Shown here one piece after another: positions 25,294-33,160 of a stretch of 33,160 bases of DNA. Under the pieces are notes generated by a model. The model did not search any database. It was not told the DNA's origin and saw only the letters and a list, made by a program, of their open reading frames with translations. The position numbers and the translations under genes are program-made. Numbering within the stretch: position 1 is the first letter of the stretch; the number at the start of each line of letters is the position of its first letter. Where the stretch lies: the NCBI GenBank assembly GCA_977017575.1, contig CDRNVI010000057.1, positions 1 to 33,160 of the forward strand, given 5' to 3'. Origin of the DNA: Paramoeba atlantica. Its lineage: Eukaryota > Protista > Discosea.

Positions 25294-26694
25294 TTCCGTC
25301 GTGGTGTGTCTCGAGTTTTGTGCGTTCATAGCGGTGCACTTTACCTTGCTTTTTCATGTGATAATGGAAACTCCACGATTTCCCTCGCTGAACGATCCTT
25401 ACAGCCCCCCCCCCCCCCCAAGCAAGGCGACATTCACCACCGTAGGTCGCATTGATGAATGCAATGGTGGTTTGAGTGTGCCCGTGCGAACGACCAAGAA
25501 GTGACACATACAATTTTGGCGATGACATAGTCGGGAAGAGAGGTTGAGCACGATGCGTTCACGTTTTGAACAGAGCTACGAAATCTATCGGGAAGGGGTG
25601 GGTCTTTGCAACGGCCGGGCGAAGAAATTCGTTGTTTTATACCTGGATTGTGCAGAACGTGTTTCGGAAGGTGTCACGTGGAAGGTGTTCCGCGCCATTG
25701 TGCGTCCTGTTTTCATTGTTCATGTGCTGCCCTGCCTTGCCCCAAGTAAAACATCTAGCGGAATTGTTCGATGCACGTGAAATCACGCCCTGCGCATCTA
25801 ACGGAATCAGTGGGATCGAAGAAGACAAAGATCATTCTCCACGGAATGGGGTCGCACGGTGGATGCGAGTTTCGTGTGAAACCGACGTTTTTCCACCACA
25901 CTATTACAGTACGCGCGCGCCCTGCGATTCTGTTGCTTGGAAGAGCAGGTGAAATGTAAAAGAAGTATAGAGAAATACAACCGCCCCCCCTTGAGATGCA
26001 GGAAGCTTGTGCAATCAAGCATTGGTTTGACTAAAATAATGTCCGATGACAACAAATTCTTGCGTTAGAAGAGGGGAAGGCTTATAGTATCAGTGAAATC
26101 ATGTGAAAATAGTGCCCAAAGCAAATATCAGAGCAAACCACGAGCGCTCAGAACACTCATCAAGTAGAAAGGGTTAAAATTTTTTAAGATTTGGTTCAGG
26201 GAAGAACGGACAAAAAGTGGACTGGCGAAACCCACGTTTTGATTCGCAATCATACTGACTAACGGAAAAACTCTATCTCTACAGAAAATATCGCTCGAAG
26301 CACGACCACTCAGGAGATGTAGCTTGCTGGTTCGGCGTTTAGCAATCGACGCACGCCATGCACGGAAGTCATGCAAACGTCGCGTCCAGAGATATTTGAA
26401 AACCCCCCTTCACCGTGCAGGCGGAAAGAGGTAAATCTGAGGTCATTTTGAATTTTGAGATAGGATGCGCTAAAAAGCGGTACACTTTTCGGGCTTTTTC
26501 ATTCGACACGCGCACGGCCATCTACTCATTCACCGTTTCTGCCGCCAAAACGTCATCTGCTACACAGGACAAAAAGACTTCATTTCAGCAAAGAAAATAC
26601 ACTAAAATGTACCATTGCTTCTGCGATTCACGTTGCGTCTCTCCCGCGCGCCCAAAAGCGGCCACACGCTTGTGAACGAAGAGAATCGGAAAAA

Positions 26695-26775
26695 CGCGCC
26701 CAGCAGGGTTCGAACCTGCGCGTGAGAACACACCTGATTTCAAGTCAGTCCCCTTAACCACTTGGGTATGGACGT
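26695..26775 (-). pseudogene. trnS: tRNA-Ser(UGA) copy 19, G1A + C27A, probable tRNA pseudogene
   Basis: g>t at 26749 and c>t at 26775, plus an upstream g>c at 26785. Loss of function is inferred. Confidence 0.6.
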
Positions 26776-28176
26776 TTCCGTCGTCGTGTGTCTCGAGTTT
26801 TGTGCGTTCATAGCGGTGCACTTTACCTTGCTTTTTCATGTGATAATGGAAACTCCACGATTTCCCTCGCTGAACGATCCTTACAGCCCCCCCCCCCCCC
26901 AAGCAAGGCGACATTCACCACCGTAGGTCGCATTGATGAATGCAATGGTGGTTTGAGTGTGCCCGTGCGAACGACCAAGAAGTGACACATACAATTTTGG
27001 CGATGACATAGTCGGGAAGAGAGGTTGAGCACGATGCGTTCACGTTTTGAACAGAGCTACGAAATCTATCGGGAAGGGGTGGGTCTTTGCAACGGCCGGG
27101 CGAAGAAATTCGTTGTTTTATACCTGGATTGTGCAGAACGTGTTTCGGAAGGTGTCACGTGGAAGGTGTTCCGCGCCATTGTGCGTCCTGTTTTCATTGT
27201 TCATGTGCTGCCCTGCCTTGCCCCAAGTAAAACATCTAGCGGAATTGTTCGATGCACGTGAAATCACGCCCTGCGCATCTAACGGAATCAGTGGGATCGA
27301 AGAAGACAAAGATCATTCTCCACGGAATGGGGTCGCACGGTGGATGCGAGTTTCGTGTGAAACCGACGTTTTTTCCACCACACTATTACAGTACGCGCGC
27401 GCCCCTGCGATTCTGTTGCTTGGAAGAGCAGGTGAAATGTAAAAGAAGTATAGAGAAATACAACCGCCCCCCTTGAGATGCAGGAAGCTTGTGCAATCAA
27501 GCATTGGTTTGACTAAAATAATGTCCGATGACAACAAATACTTGCGTTAGAAGAGGGGAAGGCTTATAGTATCAGTGAAATCATGTGAAAATAGTGCCCA
27601 AAGCAAATATCAGAGCAAACCACGAGCGCTCAGAACACTCATCAAGTAGAAAGGGTTAAAATTTTTTAAGATTTGGTTCAGGGAAGAACGGACAAAAAGT
27701 GGACTGGCGAAACCCACGTTTTGATTCGCAATCATACTGACTAACGGAAAAACTCTATCTCTACAGAAAATATCGCTCGAAGCACGACCACTCAGGAGAT
27801 GTAGCTTGCTGGTTCGGCGTTTAGCAATCGACGCACGCCATGCACGGAAGTCATGCAAACGTCGCGTCCAGAGATATTTGAAAACCCCCCTTCACCGTGC
27901 AGGCGGAAAGAGGTAAATCTGAGGTCATTTTGAATTTTGAGATAGGATGCGCTAAAAAGCGGTACACTTTTCGGGCTTTTTCATTCGACACGCGCACGGC
28001 CATCTACTCATTCACCGTTTCTGCCGCCAAAACGTCATCTGCTACACAGGACAAAAAGACTTCATTTCAGCAAAGAAAATACACTAAAATGTACCATTGC
28101 TTCTGCGATTCACGTTGCGTCTCTCCCGCGCGCCCAAAAGCGGCCACACGCTTGTGAACGAAGAGAATCGGAAAAA

Positions 28177-28257
28177 CGCGCCCAGCAGGGTTCGAACCTG
28201 CGCGTGAGAACACACCTGATTTCAAGTCAGGCCCCTTAACCACTCGGGTATGGACGC
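28177..28257 (-). tRNA. trnS: tRNA-Ser(UGA) copy 20, variant A13G
   Basis: t>c at 28245 changes the D-arm to CCC-GAGTGGTTAA-GGG (G13:A22). All stems are intact. Confidence 0.95.
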
Positions 28258-29588
28258 TTCCGTCGTGGTGTGTCTCGAGTTTTGTGCGTTCATAGCGGTG
28301 CACTTTACCTTGCTTTTTCATGTGATAATGGAAACTCCACGATTTCCCTCGCTGAACGATCCTTACAGCCCCCCCCCCCCCCCAAGCAAGGCGACATTCA
28401 CCACCGTAGGTCGCATTGATGAATGCAATGGTGGTTTGAGTGTGCCCGTGCGAACGACCAAGAAGTGACACATACAATTTTGGCGATGACATAGTCGGGA
28501 AGAGAGGTTGAGCACGATGCGTTCACGTTTTGAACAGAGCTACGAAATCTATCGGGAAGGGGTGGGTCTTTGCAACGGCCGGGCGAAGAAATTCGTTGTT
28601 TTATACCTGGATTGTGCAGAACGTGTTTCGGAAGGTGTCACGTGGAAGGTGTTCCGCGCCATTGTGCGTCCTGTTTTCATTGTTCATGTGCTGCCCTGCT
28701 TTGCCCCAAGTAAAACATCTAGCGGAATTGTTCGATGCACGTGAAATCACGCCCTGCGTATCTAACGGAATCAGTGGGATCGAAGAAGACAAATATCATT
28801 CTCCACGGAATGGGGTCGCACGGTGGATGCGAGTTTCGTGTGAAACCGACGTTTTTCCACCACACTATTACAGTACGCGCGCGCCCTGCGATTCTGTTGC
28901 TTGGAAGAGCAGGTGAAATGTAAAAGAAGTATAGAGAAATACAACCGCCCCCCCTTGAGATGCAGGAAGCTTGTGCAATCAAGCATTGGTTTGACTAAAA
29001 TAATGTCCGATGACAACAAATTCTTGCGTTAGAAGAGGGGAAGGCTTATAGTATCAGTGAAATCATGTGAAAATAGTGCCCAAAGCAAATATCAGAGCAA
29101 ACCACGAGCGCTCAGAACACTCATCAAGTAGAAAGGGTTAAAATTTTTTAAGATTTGGTTCAGGGAAGAACGGACAAAAAGTGGACTGGCGAAACCCACG
29201 TTTTGATTCGCAATCATACTGACTAACGGAAAAACTCTATCTCTACAGAAAATATCGCTCGAAGCACGACCACTCAGGAGATGTAGCTTGCTGGTTCGGC
29301 GTTTCGCAATCGACGCACGCCATGCACGGAAGTCATGCAAACGTCGCGTCCAGAGATATTTGAAAACCCCCCTTCACCGTGCAGGCGGAAAGAGGTAAAT
29401 CTGAGGTCATTTTGAATTTTGAGATAGGATGCGCTAAAAAGCGGTACACTTTTCGGGCTTTTTCATTCGACACGCGCACGGCCATCTACTCATTCACCGT
29501 TTCTGCCGCCAAAACGTCATCTGCTACACAGGACAAAAAGACTTCATTTCAGCAAAGAAAATACACTAAAATGTACCATTGCTTCTGC

Positions 29589-29590
29589 GT
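29589..29590. other. Abrupt junction between the eukaryote-type tRNA array and bacterial-type DNA
   Basis: The unit continues gcttctgcg-attcacg in all other copies, but here reads gcttctgcg-tttttcacaagg. Composition falls from the high-40s % GC to roughly 40% or below (estimated by eye from sampled lines). Confidence 0.95.
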
Positions 29591-29735
29591 TTTTCACAAG
29601 GAAGGTTATATACAACTCACACGAACTAACCATTTGTTTTATCAGCCAAAAAGTGCAATTAATCAAGGAACTTAACCCTTGTTTTGTCGTCTAAATGATT
29701 GCGGCACAAGAATCAGCAACAAACGGCGGTACACG

Positions 29736-30311
29736 ATGGGTTATGCAAAACAACAGACTACCTATTTAGGACAGCATTTTTTAATTGCGATGCCTAAACG
29801 CACATCACTCCAATTTATTGATGCATTAACCTACATTTGTGATCACAGTGAGGAAGGCGCCATGGGGGTTATTGTTAATTACCCACTTGAGTTGACATTA
29901 GCAGATATGTTGGTACAAATGGGGATTAAACAAGATCCTAAAGTCGATTGCAGTCAGTCAGTTTACTATGGTGGTCCGATTCAATGTGAACGTGGTTTTG
30001 TATTGCATCGTCCACATGGAAAGTGGTATGCAAGTTTGCCGTTAGATGATGAATTAATGATGACAACATCACGTGATATTTTAGAAGCAATGGCAGTTGG
30101 GAACGGCCCGACAGAGACGATGGTCTTTCTGGGCTATTCTGGTTGGGAAGCGGGTCAATTGGAAATGGAAATGGCAAATAATACCTGGTTAAGTAGTCCG
30201 GCTGATTTATCGATCTTATTTCAGGTGCCGTATCAACAACGTCGCCAAGCAGCAGCACGCATATTGGGTGTTGACTTAAGCACATTATCACATGATGCTG
30301 GACATGCTTAA
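29736..30311 (+). CDS. yqgE: YqgE/AlgH family protein (UPF0301)
   Basis: Motifs HFLIAMP, ICDHSEEGAMGVIVN, YYGGP..ERGFVLH, FLGYSGWEAGQLE.E...NTWL and C-terminal AGHA. ATG at 29736 (191 aa) is preferred over the ORF-track TTG at 29679 because the family is about 190 aa long. Confidence 0.95.
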   Translation: MGYAKQQTTYLGQHFLIAMPKRTSLQFIDALTYICDHSEEGAMGVIVNYPLELTLADMLVQMGIKQDPKVDCSQSVYYGGPIQCERGFVLHRPHGKWYASLPLDDELMMTTSRDILEAMAVGNGPTETMVFLGYSGWEAGQLEMEMANNTWLSSPADLSILFQVPYQQRRQAAARILGVDLSTLSHDAGHA

Positions 30312-30312
30312 A

Positions 30313-30762
30313 ATGACAAATACAATGGATGTTACACCACTGGTTGCGCTAGGTTTTGATTTTGGAATGAAACGTATTGGTGCTGCAGTTGGGCAGACAG
30401 TAACACGTAGTGCAACACCACTTAATGTATTACCTGCAACAGATGGGATCCCTGACTGGCAAACAATAGATGAATTAGTTAAGCAATGGCAGCCAACTGT
30501 ATTGGTGGTCGGTTTGCCCTTGAACATGGATGGCAGTGCGCAGACAATTACACATGCAGCTAAACGTTTTGGTGAACGTTTAGTAAATCGTTATCAGTTA
30601 CCTGTACATTATATTGATGAGCGTTTAACCTCAGTGGATGCGCGTGCCAAGCTCTATGCGGATGGTGGTTATCGTGCATTGAAAAATAATAGTATTGATA
30701 GCGTTGCAGCTCAGTTGATCTTAGAGACATGGATGTTGGAACATTATGGTGGCTCAAAATAA
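30313..30762 (+). CDS. ruvX: YqgF/RuvX family RNase H-fold nuclease (pre-16S rRNA maturation / putative Holliday junction resolvase)
   Basis: Motifs LGFDFGMKRIG, VVGLPLNMDG, DERLTS and DSVAAQLIL, directly after yqgE. The start is uncertain (ATG at 30304, 30313 or 30325). Confidence 0.95.
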   Translation: MTNTMDVTPLVALGFDFGMKRIGAAVGQTVTRSATPLNVLPATDGIPDWQTIDELVKQWQPTVLVVGLPLNMDGSAQTITHAAKRFGERLVNRYQLPVHYIDERLTSVDARAKLYADGGYRALKNNSIDSVAAQLILETWMLEHYGGSK

Positions 30763-30789
30763 CCGCAATTCAAACATTATCGAGCTGAT

Positions 30790-30819
30790 TTGCCAATCGC
30801 TAAGCAATTACGTTATAGT
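30790..30819 (+). promoter_or_regulatory. Candidate sigma70 promoter for pyrB
   Basis: TTGCCA (30790-30795), an 18-bp spacer, then TATAGT (30814-30819). Each box matches consensus at 5 of 6 positions and sits about 30 bp before the pyrB ATG. Confidence 0.45.
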
Positions 30820-30849
30820 CATGCGCAATTAGCCTAAATAGAACAGCAC

Positions 30850-31788
30850 ATGGCAACAGTCCAATTACCACATTTAATCGATATTGAATCACTTTCTAGT
30901 GACACGATTACAGCGCTGTTAACCCAAGCAAATACTTATTTACAACAAGCAACAACAGCGCCAATTAACACACCATTGACACATAAAACCGTTGCAACGT
31001 TATTTTACGAAAACAGCACACGCACACGTATGTCATTTCAGCTGGCAGCCCATCGCTTACATGCTTACTGCATTGACTTTAACAAGCAGGGTTCATCTGT
31101 TAGTAAAGGTGAATCGTTAATAGATACAGCAGCCAGCCTAATTGCAATGGGCGCTAATGTTTTAATTGTGCGTCATCCTCACGACAAAATAGCAACAATT
31201 TTAGCAGAAAAGTTTACTGATCAGGCAGCAATTATTAATGCAGGTGATGGTATGTATGCACACCCAACCCAAGCATTATTAGATGTGTTGACTATTCAGC
31301 AACACAAACCAAACTTTAAGGCATTAAAGGTTGCCATCATTGGTGATGTATCGCATTCACGCGTAGCACGTTCACAAATTTGTGCATTAAGTAAATTGGG
31401 TGTGAGTGACATTCGTGTAGTTGCACCAACAGCATTATTACCAACCGATATCCAACAGTGGCCAGTAACAGTCATGGCGGATATTGAACAAGGGCTATCG
31501 GGTGTAGATGTTGTGATTTGTTTGCGGATTCAAACAGAACGGATCGCAACCAATCAATGTCCAGATGTGACTACCTATCACCAGCAATTTGGTGTATCTG
31601 CACAGCGTTTAGCATTAGCCAAGCCAGATGCCATCGTAATGCATCCAGGACCAATCAACCGCGGTGTTGAAATTGATGATGCTGTTGCCGATGGGTCACA
31701 ATCAGTGATCTTACACCAAGTACGTAATAGTGTTCCGATGCGTATGGCTGTGTTAACTGTCATTGCAAATACACGATGGTCACTGTAA
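30850..31788 (+). CDS. pyrB: Aspartate carbamoyltransferase catalytic subunit
   Basis: Motifs FYENSTRTRMSF (carbamoyl-phosphate binding), INAGDG..AHPTQALLD, GDVSHSRVARS, LRIQTER and MHPGP; 312 aa. Confidence 0.97.
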   Translation: MATVQLPHLIDIESLSSDTITALLTQANTYLQQATTAPINTPLTHKTVATLFYENSTRTRMSFQLAAHRLHAYCIDFNKQGSSVSKGESLIDTAASLIAMGANVLIVRHPHDKIATILAEKFTDQAAIINAGDGMYAHPTQALLDVLTIQQHKPNFKALKVAIIGDVSHSRVARSQICALSKLGVSDIRVVAPTALLPTDIQQWPVTVMADIEQGLSGVDVVICLRIQTERIATNQCPDVTTYHQQFGVSAQRLALAKPDAIVMHPGPINRGVEIDDAVADGSQSVILHQVRNSVPMRMAVLTVIANTRWSL

Positions 31789-33109
31789 TTACTTATTTTC
31801 TAATAAATATGCAATTTTAGTACACACTTTATTAGATAATGGTTTACTAAAAATAGTATCACAGTACGGTTTGTAATTGCTGTCATCTAATGTTTGATTG
31901 TCATGTGCTGTTAAGCCGATGATCAGTGTTTTTTGATTGGGTGTGCTATGTGTTCGGATTTGTTTAGCTACCTCAAAACCGTTCATATCAGGCAAGGTAA
32001 TATCGAGTATCACAACATCGTAAGCATGTTGATTAGCTAATTGAATGGCATCTGCACCTAGCTTGGCATGATCTAGTGTACTATTAAACTGTTCAGTCAG
32101 CATATAACTGGCAACTGTGCTGGCAATCGTGTCATCTTCAACTAATAGTATGCGCCATTGTTTAGCTATTTTATCTGGAGTAGCTTGTTGGTAATGTGTT
32201 GATGACGACGAATCATCATCAGCTAAGTTGGTTGCTTTCTGTTGTGTGGCTGTGTTGGGTAATGCGAGTGGAATAATACAGGTAAATGTTGCCCCTTTAC
32301 CTTCATCACTGACGACATCGATTTTCCCATGTAACTTTTCAATCCATTTTTTAGTTTGCCATAAACCTAATCCATTGCCTTCAAATTGTTTAGTATCATA
32401 GTAAGTGTGTACTTGACTAAAGCGATCAAAAATAATGTCTTGTTTATCTTTGGCAATACCTATCCCAGTGTCAGTGACTTGCAAGATTAGATTAAGCTTA
32501 TCCGTTTGCTCAACAGGTTCAAAATTAACGATAACACTTATGTCGCCTGCTTCAGTGAATTTGAGCGCATTAGTCAGTAAGTTCAGTAAAATTTGTTTTA
32601 GGATTGTTTGATCACCGATAAATTGAGTTGGAGCTTTGTTTGGATAATGAATTTGTAAATCCAATGACTTTTGCTTAATCGCTGGTGCCACCATAGCTTG
32701 TACATGTGCTAATGTTTCTTGCAAGTTTAAATGACGTTAATGTTGGCTTAATATGATAATCTATTTGCGTGCTAATATTACTAAGCACATCGTTTACTAA
32801 TGTCAGTAACTGTTCAGATGAAGAAATAATATAGCTAATTAATTCAGATTTTTCTGGATCGGTTTCACATTTTTTTAAAATGCTTGCCGCACCTAAAATA
32901 CCAGTAAAAGGTGTACGCACATCGTGACTAATATTAGCAATAGAAGCAGCTTGCGTTTGCATGATTGCTGTCATGCATTCATTTGCAAGTTGTATTTCTT
33001 GTTGCTGTTGCTGCAACGTAGTGTAACGCGCTTGGAGATTAGCAAGAGATTGTTTGAGTTGCTGTATTTCTGCAGCATGCATTGCATCTGGCGTGGTTTT
33101 TTCAACCAT
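31789..33109 (-). pseudogene. Hybrid sensor histidine kinase (HisKA + HATPase_c + REC) split by a one-base frameshift near 32726-32728 (pseudogene or sequencing error)
   Basis: ORF 33109-32675 carries the H-box SHDVRTP. ORF 32724-31789 carries the N-box LLNLLTNALKF, G1 DTGIGI, F IFDRF, G2 GNGLGL and a receiver domain (LLVEDD, LDITLPDMNG, GLTAH, SKP). Removing one A from TCA TTT AAA CTT GCA gives ...SFNLQETL... and a single 439-aa protein. Confidence 0.85.
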
Positions 33110-33160
33110 AAATCCAATCCCTGTTTGGGGCCCACGAATAATTTTTTAAAGAAAGTTGAC

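Larger units (their letters stand above)
1..29589. repeat. Tandem array of ~1478-1483 bp units (20 units, last one truncated), one tRNA-Ser(UGA) gene per unit
   Basis: The same sequence recurs with tRNA 3' ends at 41, 1523, 3003, 4484, 5965, 7447, 8927, 10410, 11892, 13374, 14856, 16335, 17815, 19293, 20773, 22251, 23732, 25213, 26695 and 28177. Length differences come mostly from a C11-C16 tract. The last base matching the unit is 29589. Confidence 0.99.

Noticed and set aside
108-29340. The many repeated 60-149 aa ORFs in the array (e.g. the 128-aa MNRATKS... ORF)
   Set aside because: They show no recognisable domains, overlap each other and the tRNA in all frames, and change frame freely with poly-C length and 1-bp indels.
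1-29589. CRISPR array
   Set aside because: Whole 1.48 kb units repeat. There is no short repeat with unique spacers and no cas gene.
1-29589. Rolling-circle or MDA concatemer of a single 1.48 kb circle
   Set aside because: Variants are shared between units in nested and periodic blocks, which copying one template would not produce.
29727-29735. GCGGTACAC shared between the bacterial side and the repeat unit (1305-1313)
   Set aside because: A 9-mer match between about 150 bp and a 1.48 kb unit on two strands is expected by chance (roughly 1-2 hits), and it is not at the breakpoint.
29938-31763. Minus-strand ORFs overlapping yqgE, ruvX and pyrB
   Set aside because: They are antisense shadows of well-conserved genes with no motifs of their own.
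32725-32731. TTTAAAC as a programmed -1 slippery site in the kinase
   Set aside because: It is read TTT AAA C rather than T TTA AAC, and joining the two ORFs needs a +1 shift, not -1.

Overview
The window has two unrelated parts. Bases 1-29589 (88%) are a head-to-tail tandem array of ~1.48 kb units: 20 units, the last truncated, and the array is open at the left edge. Each unit carries one minus-strand tRNA-Ser(UGA) gene of eukaryotic nuclear type: no encoded CCA, a T5 Pol III terminator directly after G73, and eukaryotic Ser T-arm and variable arm. Units are nearly identical on the left and carry structured, shared variants toward the right, including a two-unit periodicity and a stepwise decay of the tRNA. 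At 29589/29590 the array stops mid-unit and joins gammaproteobacterial-like DNA: yqgE/algH, ruvX/yqgF, pyrB, and a convergent hybrid histidine kinase split by a single-base frameshift. The short ORFs in the array look spurious. The main open question is whether the eukaryote-like/bacterial junction is a real DNA transfer or a chimeric assembly; the sequence alone cannot decide this.
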